DNA of 64,000 nt from a virus. Positions 47,723 through 58,550 of this stretch are shown piece after piece (within the stretch, counting starts at the first letter, position 1; each line of letters opens with the position of its first letter). The notes under the pieces were generated by a model. That model ran no database searches and was not told where the DNA came from. It worked only from the letters and a program-made list of their open reading frames with translations. The stretch lies in the IMG/VR virus record IMGVR_UViG_3300014501_000013, positions 1-64,000 of that record; one strand, 5' to 3'. The position numbers and the translations under genes were made by a program.

Positions 47723-50700
47723 ATGCGCTATTTTTTGCTGTTATTGCTTCCGTTTGGATTAGCCGCCCAATGGCTACCGACCGGGCTCCCCGGTGACCCA
47801 TACCGCTCCGGCCCGCTTCCCTCCAGCATCACGACCGGCCAGTGCCTCTACAACAACAACGGCGTGTGGGGCGGCACGGGTTGCGCTGGGGGCTCCGGCG
47901 CCCCGACGGTCGCTACCTACATCCTTCAGACCACGAACGCGACGCTGACTAATGCGCAGGTGCTGGCATCTCTCGGTACTGGGCCACTTTTCAATACGAC
48001 TGGAACTGGGGTTCTGGGGATAGCCACGATTTCTTCACCGATCACATTCACTGGCGGTGCTTTCGCCTGCCCTACGTGCGGAGTGACAGGCTCCCCACTC
48101 TCGCAATTCGCATCCACGACCTCGGCCCAACTTCGAGGCGTGCTTAGCGATGAATCAGGAACTGGCGTGGCACTGTTTGCAAACGGCGCTCTCGGCACTC
48201 CGATCAGCGGAGTGATGACGAACGTCACGGGGCTGCCTCCGGCTGGTGTAACCGCTACGCAGGGTAACGGAACTAAGTTCCAGCTAAGCACGGGTACGAC
48301 CACGCTCAACGATTGCGTAAAGTATGACGCGAACGGCAACACGGTAGACGCGGGCGCAGCTTGTGGATTGGGCGGCGGTACGGTCTATCCATCTGGAACG
48401 GGCATTACGGTAGTAACGGGCGGAACTGCTTGGGGCACCACGCTAGCCGACCCGCTTACGGGGACTCACGGCGGAACTGGCGTCAACAACGGCGCGTTCA
48501 CGATTACTCTCGCTGGCAACCTCGTAACCACAGGCGCGTTCAATACGACATTTGCGCAGCAGGGTAGCACCACCATTACGACACCAACCACTTCCTCAAC
48601 GATGGCGCGCGCCGATGCAGCTCAGACATTCACTGGCATCCAGACGTTTAGCACTCCGATTGCGCTCACGAGCCTTGCGGCTACCGTGGTCAATGCGACC
48701 ACGCCTGGAGCTGGGATCGCCCACTTCGCTGGATCGACGCAGACCGTCACCAGTTCGGCGGTCAGCCTGACAGCGGATGTAAGTGGAATTCTTGCGGGGG
48801 CCAATGGCGGCATGGGCGTGAACAACGGTTCTTTCACTGAAACGCTCGCGGGTAACGTCGTCTTTACCGGCGCTTTCAATCCAACCTTCGCAATCCCAGC
48901 CACTGGCACCTATACGCTTGCGGTCGGGACTGAATTGGTCAGCGGCGGCGCGCTCGGCACCCCAGCTAGCGGCGTTGCGACCAACCTTACCGGGACGGCA
49001 GCGGGCCTAACTGCTGGGGCCGCGACCAATATGGCAGGCGGTGCGGCTGGAGGCATCTCATACCAGACAGGCGCTGGAGCAAGCACATTCCTGGCATCTA
49101 CCGGCTATAGCGTTCTCGTAACGGGAGCAACGAATCCGCAGTATGCAACCCCGACAGGTAATGGCCAGTGCTTTATGTCCGGCGCATCTTCCTACGCGAC
49201 GACCATTCCATCCTTCCAGACATGCCCGAGCGGAGGTATTACGGCGCTCACGGGCGATGTAACCGCTTCAGGTTCTGGATCGGTGGCGGCAACGCTCGCC
49301 ACGACTGCGGTTACTGCGGGTAGCTACACCAACACAAATCTAACCGTTGACGCAAAGGGCCGTATCACGGCGGCAGCTAATGGTTCAGCCTCTGGGAGTG
49401 CCTACGCCACAATTGATGTCGGTGGAACGCCCTTGACGCAGAGAAATACGCTGAACTTTATTTCGGGAAGTGGCATAACTCAATCGTGCGTGGACAATTC
49501 AGGAGCCACGAGAACAGACTGCACGCCCTCGATCAATTCTACCTTTGTTCCAACCATCGCCAACCTGCTAGAAGGTAATAACGATGTCGGTTTCTCAACG
49601 ACGGGGACGACCGGCTACGTGGCTGCTCCGACCGCTGGTTGTTCCACCTTCGCTCTTCAGACGGGAGCGCGGGGCTGGATCTCCGTTGATACTTCGTCAA
49701 CCACCACGGCATCTCTAAACTTCTGCGGCTCTGGCGTAAAAAACATCAAGCAAATCGATGGGGCCACCGATCCTGGCACGACGATCACCGCGAATCAGCC
49801 ATTCCCGGTATTTTACAACGGGACGGTTTGGCTTGATCTTTTCTCTGGGATCAGTGGCGGCGGGTCGGGCGTCACCAGCGTCGGCCTCGTCGGAACCGCG
49901 AACCAACTTACGGTTACTGGCACGTCACCTATCACCACTTCCGGCTCCTGGACAATCTCGGTCCCATCGACCTTCACATTTCCAGGCACGGTCACGAACA
50001 ATCTCAGTATCTTCGGAGCAACGACATCAGCCCAACTTCGCGGCGTGTTGAGCGACGAGTCGGGAACTGGCGTGGCTCTATTCGCGAATGGCGCGCTCGG
50101 GACCCCTGTCAGCGGCGTGATGACAAACGTCACGGGATATCCTGGAGATTCGTCTCTTGTGACGGTAGGGACGGTGACCGCTGGTACGTGGCATGGCAGC
50201 GTGGTCACAGGGACCTATGGCGGCACGGGAGTCAACAACGGCGCGTTCACTGAAACGCTTTCCGGAAACGTTGTCTTTACAGGCGCATTTAATCCGACCA
50301 TCGCGATCCCTGCTACTGGCACTTACACGCTCGCGGTCGGTACGGAATTGATAAGCGGCGGCGCGCTCGGCACTCCGAGCAGTGGTCTTGCCACAAATCT
50401 CACGGGAACAGCGGCTGGCCTAATCGTTGGAGCTGCAAACAATATAATCGGGGGCGCGGCTGGTTCACTCCCTTACCAGACAGGCTCTGGAGCGACCACC
50501 TTTCTAGCATCGACTGGTTACAGCGTATTGGTGACGGGCGCGACCAATCCACAGTATGCAACTCCGACCGCGAACGCCCAATGCTTCATGTCGGGAGCGG
50601 CGAGCTATGCTACTACGATTCCGTCGTTCCAGACGTGCCCAGCGGGTGGCTCTTCGGCACTATCATCTATCACGGCGGCAACAGGGTCAAACACTATCTT

Positions 50701-52141
50701 GAACGGAAACAATCCGCAGATTTGGAAATGGGCCCAGACTAGCAACAATCAACAGGCCTTTATGATTGAGGAAAGCGCTGCGGCTACTGGAGGGACAGGC
50801 GTTCTACAACAACTGGTATATATTCAAACAGTAACGGGCTCTACTGCGATTCCTCTTTATGTAGAGAACGTCCTGAACGGCTCCCAAACGCTTCCTGCCG
50901 TTATCATCGGGCCACACTGGAACACCACTGGACTGGTGGACGCAGCGCTACTTGTCGATCCCGCCTACACGGCAGCAGCCACCGGCTCTCTGCTGATCGA
51001 CGCTCAACTTAGCGGCACCTCCCAATGGAAGGTGGACATGGCCGGGAACTCGACGCAACTCGGCGGGGTCATCGCTACAACCGGAGCGTTCGGCGGCGTG
51101 ACTATCGGATCGAACGCGCTGGCGGTGACAGGCACGGCAAATATCTCTGGTGCAACGACTCTTGGCGTTCAAAATACGGTTGCTGGTAATTTACTCGTCT
51201 CGGGTTCCTCTAGCGCGGGAGGTTCTCTGACGATCTATGGCACCGGCGCATCTCCCGGCAGTTCTGTGCTCTCAGTCTCGACGGCGGGAACCACGTTGAA
51301 TCTCGGCTCGACGAACGCGACGGTGACGACGGCGGGAGTCGCGGGGCTTGCCTCTCTCGCCCTCAATGGCTGCACCATTGGGGTGTCTAAACTGTGTGTC
51401 AGTGGAAATGCAACTTTCACTAGCATCCTTACAGGGCAAGTTGGGTTCAACGGTTCCTTATCGCACACAGCTTGGCTCACTGGCGGTTTACTCATCTACA
51501 ACGCCGCCCAAACCCTTACCGATACCAGTTCGTCGGGAACCGTTGCGACAGCTTACAGCAATGTCTTTGGTGGTGATGTAATCGCGGCAAGTTCAGCCTC
51601 CGTGTACACGAACTACTATGCGGGCTACTTCGCGGCCGAGACCGCTGGGACCAACGTCACCTTGACAAATTCCTGGGGTCTCGGCGCGGACTCGCTGCAT
51701 GTCGGAACCTCGAATCCGTTCACGGTCGCCGCGAACGGGGCGATGTCGGGGAGCACGCTGGCACTTAGCGGCCTTCTAACTGGTGGCATCATCCACCAGT
51801 ACGGCGCGGCATTCGGCACTCCAGGCGGCGCGGCCCTGACAACGGGTGGCATCCAGTACTTCAACATGCCGCAGTCCTGCACTGTTGGTGGCTACGAGAT
51901 TACCGCTGACGCCGGAACTGCCACGGTCAAGTTCTGGAAGATCGCAGCGGGCACGGCCATTCCAACTGCGGCGAATGTCATCAACACTTCCGGGGTGGCA
52001 CTCGCGAGCGGGACCCACATCAAGAGCACCACGGTTACCGATTTCACCACCACGACAGTTACGGCTGACGACATCGGGGCGGTCACACTCACCGCTGTAT
52101 CTGGCGCTGGGTATGTACAGGCGGTATTGCTATGCCAATAG
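47723..52141 (+). CDS. 1472-aa signal-peptide-bearing long tail fibre/adhesin
   Basis: AAGGAG SD; MRYFLLLLLPFGLAA|Q; fibre modules ITALTGDVT, AGSYTNTNLTVDAKGRITAA, SAQLRGVLSDESGTG, GALGTP; 18 Cys in local pairs. Confidence 0.8.
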   Translation: MRYFLLLLLPFGLAAQWLPTGLPGDPYRSGPLPSSITTGQCLYNNNGVWGGTGCAGGSGAPTVATYILQTTNATLTNAQVLASLGTGPLFNTTGTGVLGIATISSPITFTGGAFACPTCGVTGSPLSQFASTTSAQLRGVLSDESGTGVALFANGALGTPISGVMTNVTGLPPAGVTATQGNGTKFQLSTGTTTLNDCVKYDANGNTVDAGAACGLGGGTVYPSGTGITVVTGGTAWGTTLADPLTGTHGGTGVNNGAFTITLAGNLVTTGAFNTTFAQQGSTTITTPTTSSTMARADAAQTFTGIQTFSTPIALTSLAATVVNATTPGAGIAHFAGSTQTVTSSAVSLTADVSGILAGANGGMGVNNGSFTETLAGNVVFTGAFNPTFAIPATGTYTLAVGTELVSGGALGTPASGVATNLTGTAAGLTAGAATNMAGGAAGGISYQTGAGASTFLASTGYSVLVTGATNPQYATPTGNGQCFMSGASSYATTIPSFQTCPSGGITALTGDVTASGSGSVAATLATTAVTAGSYTNTNLTVDAKGRITAAANGSASGSAYATIDVGGTPLTQRNTLNFISGSGITQSCVDNSGATRTDCTPSINSTFVPTIANLLEGNNDVGFSTTGTTGYVAAPTAGCSTFALQTGARGWISVDTSSTTTASLNFCGSGVKNIKQIDGATDPGTTITANQPFPVFYNGTVWLDLFSGISGGGSGVTSVGLVGTANQLTVTGTSPITTSGSWTISVPSTFTFPGTVTNNLSIFGATTSAQLRGVLSDESGTGVALFANGALGTPVSGVMTNVTGYPGDSSLVTVGTVTAGTWHGSVVTGTYGGTGVNNGAFTETLSGNVVFTGAFNPTIAIPATGTYTLAVGTELISGGALGTPSSGLATNLTGTAAGLIVGAANNIIGGAAGSLPYQTGSGATTFLASTGYSVLVTGATNPQYATPTANAQCFMSGAASYATTIPSFQTCPAGGSSALSSITAATGSNTILNGNNPQIWKWAQTSNNQQAFMIEESAAATGGTGVLQQLVYIQTVTGSTAIPLYVENVLNGSQTLPAVIIGPHWNTTGLVDAALLVDPAYTAAATGSLLIDAQLSGTSQWKVDMAGNSTQLGGVIATTGAFGGVTIGSNALAVTGTANISGATTLGVQNTVAGNLLVSGSSSAGGSLTIYGTGASPGSSVLSVSTAGTTLNLGSTNATVTTAGVAGLASLALNGCTIGVSKLCVSGNATFTSILTGQVGFNGSLSHTAWLTGGLLIYNAAQTLTDTSSSGTVATAYSNVFGGDVIAASSASVYTNYYAGYFAAETAGTNVTLTNSWGLGADSLHVGTSNPFTVAANGAMSGSTLALSGLLTGGIIHQYGAAFGTPGGAALTTGGIQYFNMPQSCTVGGYEITADAGTATVKFWKIAAGTAIPTAANVINTSGVALASGTHIKSTTVTDFTTTTVTADDIGAVTLTAVSGAGYVQAVLLCQ

Positions 52142-52149
52142 GAGCCACC

Positions 52150-53598
52150 ATGCGAAAACTACTTATTGTCCTTCTCCTAAGTCTCCCGGCTTTCGCTGCC
52201 ACGAACAACGTTACCAGCGGCACCGTGTTCAAGCTTGACGCCTCGACCGGCGTGGATACTAACGGAGGCGGCTTCGACGCAACCGCTTCGTGCAGTGGCA
52301 GCGGCGGCTCTGACTTAACCCTGTCCGCCCCCGTCGCTACGACCCTGGCCACAAGCACAGGCAGCGCCTCGACCACAATCACCCAGGTCGGCGGCACATG
52401 GACGAGCTCGATGGTTTGCAATGTCATCCATATAAACAGCGGAACCAATTTTACTGTTGGGTTCTATACTATCGTGGCGTTCACTAATTCCAATAACCTC
52501 GTCCTGAATGTAAGCCCGTGCCCTACAACCGCCTGCACTACTGGAGTTACTGACGTCGGAGGCCCGCTGCTGACCATCGCCAAGGCCATCACCGCCGTAG
52601 CTGCTGGCAACACTGGCTATGTAAAGAGCAGCGCGACCTATTCGATCAACGCGAGCAATGCTTTTGCCACGAATGGCACGAGTGGACTTCCTGTTTCGTG
52701 GATCGGCTACACGAGTTCGCTTACGGATGGCGGTCATCCGACGATCCAGATCAGCAGCGGAACGGGCCTTACCATCTTTAACGCAACCGGAAAAAGCTTC
52801 CAACAATTTAGACATTTCACCCTGGATTGCAACGGCAAGACCACGTCCACTGGCCTGGCGGCAGGCAACGCAGGAACCGTTTACGACGACATCAGTGTAA
52901 CGGGCTGCACGGCGGTTGGAATAAACATATCGGCGTCACATGCGCAGGTGAGCAATAGTAGCGTGAGTGGCATGACCGCGTGCACGGCGAGTTCCGGAGC
53001 ATTCACAATCTCCCAGACGAATGTCTACCTTTTTAACAATCGCGCGACCGGCAATGCCTGCACTGGGTTCTGGGATTCGGCTGGGGGCGAGAATACTTAC
53101 ATCGGAAATGTTTCGGACAATAACACCGGAGCGTCTACAGACGGATTCTATAAATCTGGGGTGGCGGGGTTCACGATGCATGACAACGTGGCCTACCTGA
53201 ACGGTCGGGACGAGTACCGTTTTGATAACGCAGCCGCGCTTGATTCATTCAGTTTCTATAACAACGTGGCGTGGGGCACGGGCGGAAAGTGCTTCAACTC
53301 AACCACTACCAACTGGTCGGCAGATCCTGCGTTCGCGTGGGATTACAATGCGGACGGAGGGGGATGCACGGCTTACACGGGCATTCCGGCTGGGCTGCAC
53401 GACGTTACTCTAACCGTCGATCCTTTCGTGGCTGGAGCGTCCAACAACTTTGCGCTGAACGCAACGACGGGAGGTGGGGCGCTTTTGCGAGCCGTTGGCT
53501 TCCCCGGAGTTAGGAACAGCGGTGGAACCGGGTACAAAGATATCGGCGCGCTGCAATCACAGGGTTCTTCACCGGTGTCGTATCCTATTTCGCAGTAG
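52150..53598 (+). CDS. Signal-peptide-bearing beta-helix protein
   Basis: AGGAG SD; MRKLLIVLLLSLPAFA|A; PLLTIAKAI...AGNT.YVK; terminal DIGALQ. Confidence 0.75.
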   Translation: MRKLLIVLLLSLPAFAATNNVTSGTVFKLDASTGVDTNGGGFDATASCSGSGGSDLTLSAPVATTLATSTGSASTTITQVGGTWTSSMVCNVIHINSGTNFTVGFYTIVAFTNSNNLVLNVSPCPTTACTTGVTDVGGPLLTIAKAITAVAAGNTGYVKSSATYSINASNAFATNGTSGLPVSWIGYTSSLTDGGHPTIQISSGTGLTIFNATGKSFQQFRHFTLDCNGKTTSTGLAAGNAGTVYDDISVTGCTAVGINISASHAQVSNSSVSGMTACTASSGAFTISQTNVYLFNNRATGNACTGFWDSAGGENTYIGNVSDNNTGASTDGFYKSGVAGFTMHDNVAYLNGRDEYRFDNAAALDSFSFYNNVAWGTGGKCFNSTTTNWSADPAFAWDYNADGGGCTAYTGIPAGLHDVTLTVDPFVAGASNNFALNATTGGGALLRAVGFPGVRNSGGTGYKDIGALQSQGSSPVSYPISQ

Positions 53599-53797
53599 GC
53601 CGTATGAAGATCTGCGACATGACCCCCATATACACCATGGCCAAGATGATGACGATGTTCTGGAGAGCGATGATGGGAGCAAGCAGGATACGTTTGAGCG
53701 AGGTACCTTTATGACGTTCTGGAGGCCCGGCGGGCGCGTATGTCGCCTGGGAGTCGGTGTTGGAATATTCGGTAAAGGGGGACCATTCGGATTGCAT
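53585..53797 (-). CDS. Antisense small membrane protein, probably leaderless
   Basis: C-terminal hydrophobic helix; promoter TTGCCG (53834-53829)-17-TATGCT (53811-53806) ends 8 nt before the ATG. Confidence 0.55.
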   Translation of the reverse strand: MQSEWSPFTEYSNTDSQATYAPAGPPERHKGTSLKRILLAPIIALQNIVIILAMVYMGVMSQIFIRPTAK

Positions 53798-56700
53798 AGA
53801 CTACCAGCATACGCCTTTCTCCTATTTGCGGCAATCGTGATAGTACCAGTACGCGCCGCCTGCACCGCCAGCGTGGTAACGCCAGCCGCCAGCGCCTCGA
53901 TCAGCGGTCTCTCCTATGCCCTCACCGCCAGCCTCTCTACGTGCCCAACGGCCCTCTCGGTCGAGTGGATGATCGACGGCGAATCGCAAGGCGTCTTCTG
54001 GCAGGCTCCGTGGTCTATCTCCTCCTGGAACACCAACAATCGCTGGCGTGGCCCCGCTCACAACGCCTACGTGATCGTTCGCGATCCGACCGGAGCGACT
54101 ATCGCCACATCGCCGACCAACACCTTCGCCATCACGAATGACTATCTCGAACCCGCTGCCTACATCAACCTCGTCTCCGTCACGCCATCGACCGCGATCT
54201 CGAGCAACTGGTCGGGCGTAGTCAACTTGGTCGCGACCTTCAACGGCACCAACGCCACCAATGCCAAGGCAATCACCGTTTACGTGGACGGGGACGTGCT
54301 TGGCTTCGAATCACTCAACGAATTATCCACGAGCGGTTCGACCGCGACCACGATGAACGCAGCCGTCAACACGACGCAGTATCTAAATGAGGGCCATGAA
54401 GTCTGCTTAGTCGTAAAAGATATCGCCTCCGGCCGTCCTGGTGTCACCAACGGCGGCTACCCGTTCGGCGAATGGTGTCAGCAGGTGACGTTCTCGAATA
54501 CCTCGACCATCCTGCTCAAGAACGCGACCACAAACGCGGACTACGTGTGTTGGGGCGGTGGCGCTTGCAACACGTTTTCGAGCCTCACTGCTCCAGCATC
54601 AGGTACGGTCAACGTCACCACCGGCGATTTTCTGCTGGTCTGCGATGGCTACTTTCAGGGCGGCGCTACCACAATAACCGACACGCTGGGAAATAGTTGG
54701 ACGGCGGTCAATACCGGAACGAAACAGGCAAACTGGAATCAATACTGTTTCTATTCGGCGAACGTAACGGGCGGCGCGGATGCCTTCACCGCGACCTTCG
54801 CAGGCGGCGGAGCGAAAAGCATGGCACTGCTGGTGCGCGAGTATTCAGGCGTGGCCACTAGTTCGCCAATCGACACCCAAATCACTTCGACAGGCACCTC
54901 CTGCGCGTCTCCCTGCGTTGTCACTTCCGGCACGTTCACTACCTCGAACGCAAACGATATGATCGCTTTGTATTACGTGTCCAATATAAATGGCCAAGTA
55001 TTCCAGAACGGTCTGAACGCCAGCCTCGATAGCACCACGAGCGCCACTGGCGGAGGGACATCACAACTATTAACTGCAACAGTCAGCGGAGGTACAGCGA
55101 CGATCGGGATTGCGAACGGTAGCAGCCTAACCTACGGCATGACCGTAGTCGCTCTCAATGCGGCATCCAACACACCTATTGCAACTCCCAGCCAGCTCAC
55201 CCTCTCGCCCAAGGACTGGGTGATCTCGCCATCGTCGGGGACCATCCAACTTACACCCTCGATTGCGAATGCGGATACTACCTCGACGACGGTCACGAGC
55301 GCTATGAACCCGGTCTACACGACCACGAATAGTTCGGTCTGCACTGTTTCCTCCAGCGGCCTCGTCACGGGTGTGGCGTATGGTTCTTGCGGCGTTACAA
55401 TTACGCTCGGCAACGGATTGACGGAAACCATCTACGGCTGGGTTTCTTCCACCAACGTAATCCCCTGCCAGACGACGACTGGCCAAATCTCAACCACCAA
55501 CACAGGTTGCCTGTGGGTAGCTAGCGTATTCAATTCCTCGGGCATCGCACTGTTTCATGATGCTCTGAAGACACCCACTCAAGTCGGAATCGCCTACCAG
55601 AACGCTGGTTGGAACACCGTCGAAGATTCTCCTGCGCCATCAACTGGCTGGACTGGAGTAAACGGCACCTGTGCGAGCTTCCAATCGACTCTCAATACAT
55701 ATATTTCAACCCTGACAACACTCTATGCTCCGTTCAAGTTCTACTTTCATGGAGTCGCCACATCGCTCATAACCGGCGTTTTTCCGAACCAGTTCTATGT
55801 CGGAGTGCGTGGCCTTGGCGCGACGTGTTCGCCCCAGAACTGGCAGTACCTAGCTCAGCAGTGGGTTGCTTCCGGAATCCTTCTATCACTGGAAGGACCG
55901 GATGAAGTGGACGCCGATTACTCCTATCCAGTCCCATCGCCCGTTATCAGTTCCAGTGGGCCGTTCACGGGTATCACCTGCACAGTTAGCGGGACTCCAG
56001 TATGTACAGTAGCCTATGCCAACCCGCAATCTGCTACCAACCAGAACGGCCCTGGGCGAATTGGGATCTTCGGTGGGACAAGCACAGCAGGGCTCGCTAT
56101 AAATAGCGCTATCGGAACACCAAATACCAACACTGGCCTCTACGTTCCATCAGGAGTCAGTGGTGGGTTCACATTCACTGGGCCATCCGGAGCGTCTGGC
56201 GCAAATATCACGTGGGTCAGTGATCCATCCATCCGGATTGAGCCCTTCGCATTCAATTGGCAAACCGCTGTTCCTGGCGGCGGTGGAGACTATTCACACT
56301 ATCAGGACTTCGCGACCATGTCCTCATTGGTTCACGCTGGAGGATCTATTATCAGTTCGGCTCCCAGAGCTATCGCCAGTTCTATTTCCCAGTGCGGCTG
56401 GGGTGGCGCTTGCTCCTATGCCGCCGGATCACCTGCGTTCTCCGACTACGCCATCATCTACAACTCGCCGGGCTCAAACGGCACAGCGCAATATGTCGCC
56501 CTGCCTGACATCCGAATCTCCAGGACCCCCAACCTCAACGTCTTCCAGCAGAACCGCAAGTTCATAAACGGCGCCGGATCGCTTCGCGCCTTCCTTGGAC
56601 AGACGCAATTCATTCAGACGAACTGGGGAATGAACGGGCAAATCATCACTGGCGTGTCGTGCTCCGGTTCCCTCTGCACGTTCCCTTCTCCCATCTGCGG

Positions 56701-58096
56701 GGCCGGTACAGCAAACAGCCTATGTAACGTAGTCCCTTATGTGTCGCGCGTCATCGGTTCTAGTTCATCGAACTCGTACTACAACGCGAATTTCTATATC
56801 GATAACTGTCCGACCGCGACGACATGTAACATCTCGCTGCAATATCCATCAACGGCGGGACTTGTTCAAGGATCTGGAGGCACGTTAACGTTCGCCAACG
56901 GCGTCACGATGGGGCCAACCAATCCATTCCCCTGCATCATCGTCAACGGGTTCTCTCCAAATAACACATTCAATCTACGCAGTTCAACTGTAGGCACGGG
57001 CGGCAGTTGCAGCGGCACCACGAGCGTACCGGCTGCCGTCACCCACAGCGCTGGGCTCACGTTCACGATCTCTGGCATGACCGGATCGAGTGCTAGTTAT
57101 TACAACTCCACCACCTTTATCCTGAGCCAGTTTCCGAGTCCCTACATCACCGAATCCGACACGCCGCGCGAAGTCCCTCCATCGAGCCAGTCCACCAGCA
57201 GCGTGACCTTCACCCTCAACGCCGATGACGGTTGGGTACGCGGGCAGGGACAATCATTCTATGGTGAGATCGTCCAAGGCCCGCGAGTGCCGTTCGCCTT
57301 TGTAGCGGCGCAAGCGATCACGGCAGCCACCGGGGTTAGGGCGTACACCAGCGGTGAGAACTTCAACGTCGATCAGACTTTCTCTCGTAGCTTCGGCACC
57401 TTCCCTTGTCTAAATGGCGGCGACTGCCTCCAGGGCGGCGCGACTCAGTTCTACGACCAAGGTGCGGATTTGATTCGGTTCTTCAATTCTCCGACCAACG
57501 CTAACCTGTTACTGGAAAGCTTGGCCATAACCGGGTATCTCTACGGCACGCATGGGAACGCCCCGGACCTTGGGTTCAACATCGAATCTAGCGTTCGGCA
57601 AAGCAGCGTGGGGAACCTGCTCCTGGTCGGAAATTTCAATGATGGGCCGGTCACCCCGGCGATTCCCATTTCTGCCTGCATCGTCAGTGGCCAGTCGGCT
57701 ATCCGCTACACCGCCTCGGCGCTTGGCGGAATCGCAACTGCGTCAATCTCTTCTGGAACCACCTCTAACTCCCCGACCATTCCCGCGGGCGGCATGGTGA
57801 TCTACAAGTGCCCTAACGTAAGCGCCGGCGTACTTCAGCAACCAACCATCGCCGCGCTTCTGACAGATGTCGCCAATGCCACCTCCGTCGCCGTCGAGTA
57901 CGCCTATTCTCCGTGGTTCCTCTCGGGGCTTCCACAAGCTGGTGTCCCACTCGCGGTGAGCAGTTCGACGCCTGCGACCGGATTCCTATTGCCAGTCGAT
58001 CTGAAGCTGGGGCCGGTTAGCTATCGGTTGGTGTACTCAGGGGCGTCTGGAGTATTAGCGACGGGCGATATCCAGACGATCGGAGGAGTGCAATGA
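53792..58096 (+). CDS. Large signal-peptide-bearing Ig-domain / putative glycoside hydrolase protein (start uncertain: TTG 53792 or ATG 53711)
   Basis: HRLPAYAFLLFAAIVIVPVRA|A; Ig-like repeats; Big_2-like SSVCTVSSSGLVTGVAYGSC; SLEGPDEVD clan-A-like motif. Confidence 0.7.
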   Translation: MHRLPAYAFLLFAAIVIVPVRAACTASVVTPAASASISGLSYALTASLSTCPTALSVEWMIDGESQGVFWQAPWSISSWNTNNRWRGPAHNAYVIVRDPTGATIATSPTNTFAITNDYLEPAAYINLVSVTPSTAISSNWSGVVNLVATFNGTNATNAKAITVYVDGDVLGFESLNELSTSGSTATTMNAAVNTTQYLNEGHEVCLVVKDIASGRPGVTNGGYPFGEWCQQVTFSNTSTILLKNATTNADYVCWGGGACNTFSSLTAPASGTVNVTTGDFLLVCDGYFQGGATTITDTLGNSWTAVNTGTKQANWNQYCFYSANVTGGADAFTATFAGGGAKSMALLVREYSGVATSSPIDTQITSTGTSCASPCVVTSGTFTTSNANDMIALYYVSNINGQVFQNGLNASLDSTTSATGGGTSQLLTATVSGGTATIGIANGSSLTYGMTVVALNAASNTPIATPSQLTLSPKDWVISPSSGTIQLTPSIANADTTSTTVTSAMNPVYTTTNSSVCTVSSSGLVTGVAYGSCGVTITLGNGLTETIYGWVSSTNVIPCQTTTGQISTTNTGCLWVASVFNSSGIALFHDALKTPTQVGIAYQNAGWNTVEDSPAPSTGWTGVNGTCASFQSTLNTYISTLTTLYAPFKFYFHGVATSLITGVFPNQFYVGVRGLGATCSPQNWQYLAQQWVASGILLSLEGPDEVDADYSYPVPSPVISSSGPFTGITCTVSGTPVCTVAYANPQSATNQNGPGRIGIFGGTSTAGLAINSAIGTPNTNTGLYVPSGVSGGFTFTGPSGASGANITWVSDPSIRIEPFAFNWQTAVPGGGGDYSHYQDFATMSSLVHAGGSIISSAPRAIASSISQCGWGGACSYAAGSPAFSDYAIIYNSPGSNGTAQYVALPDIRISRTPNLNVFQQNRKFINGAGSLRAFLGQTQFIQTNWGMNGQIITGVSCSGSLCTFPSPICGAGTANSLCNVVPYVSRVIGSSSSNSYYNANFYIDNCPTATTCNISLQYPSTAGLVQGSGGTLTFANGVTMGPTNPFPCIIVNGFSPNNTFNLRSSTVGTGGSCSGTTSVPAAVTHSAGLTFTISGMTGSSASYYNSTTFILSQFPSPYITESDTPREVPPSSQSTSSVTFTLNADDGWVRGQGQSFYGEIVQGPRVPFAFVAAQAITAATGVRAYTSGENFNVDQTFSRSFGTFPCLNGGDCLQGGATQFYDQGADLIRFFNSPTNANLLLESLAITGYLYGTHGNAPDLGFNIESSVRQSSVGNLLLVGNFNDGPVTPAIPISACIVSGQSAIRYTASALGGIATASISSGTTSNSPTIPAGGMVIYKCPNVSAGVLQQPTIAALLTDVANATSVAVEYAYSPWFLSGLPQAGVPLAVSSSTPATGFLLPVDLKLGPVSYRLVYSGASGVLATGDIQTIGGVQ

Positions 58097-58154
58097 ACAA
58101 CAATTGGAATGATGGCAGTGTTGTAGGGGAAGTACTATGGAATGGAGAACTAAC

Positions 58155-58550
58155 ATGAAACACCTTTTGATTCTCGCTGTTCTTTCGGCCAGCCTGATGG
58201 CCGCACAATCCAGAACCGTAAATGTAAGCTGGACGCCTTCCACGTCAACCGGAATAACCGGCGTGGCGATCTCGACCGGCACATCGGCTACTGGCCCTTT
58301 CACTTTCAAAGCTTGCGTGGGGGCCGTGAGCGGCCAGACTTGCATATCCGGCTCGACGCCTACCACTACGACTTACGCCGACACCGAAGCGGTTGGAACC
58401 ACAGTGTTCTACCAGGTTGTTGCGTTTGCGGCGGCATGCACACCTACAACTCCGGCGACGACCGCCTGTGGTTCTAGCGTGGCGGCGGTTGCGAGCACGA
58501 CCGTGCCCTCGCAGCCTGGGATATCGACCGTGATACTCGTTGTGCCGTGA
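58155..58550 (+). CDS. Secreted FN3-like protein
   Basis: GGAG SD; MKHLLILAVLSASLMAA|Q; VNVSWTPS...GPF...TTYADT.....VFYQVVA; 4 Cys. Confidence 0.7.
   Translation: MKHLLILAVLSASLMAAQSRTVNVSWTPSTSTGITGVAISTGTSATGPFTFKACVGAVSGQTCISGSTPTTTTYADTEAVGTTVFYQVVAFAAACTPTTPATTACGSSVAAVASTTVPSQPGISTVILVVP

Noticed and set aside
53474-53791. N-terminal 106 codons of the 1540-aa ORF
   Set aside because: Overlaps the previous gene and an antisense minigene; the signal-peptide-like segment begins at 53792
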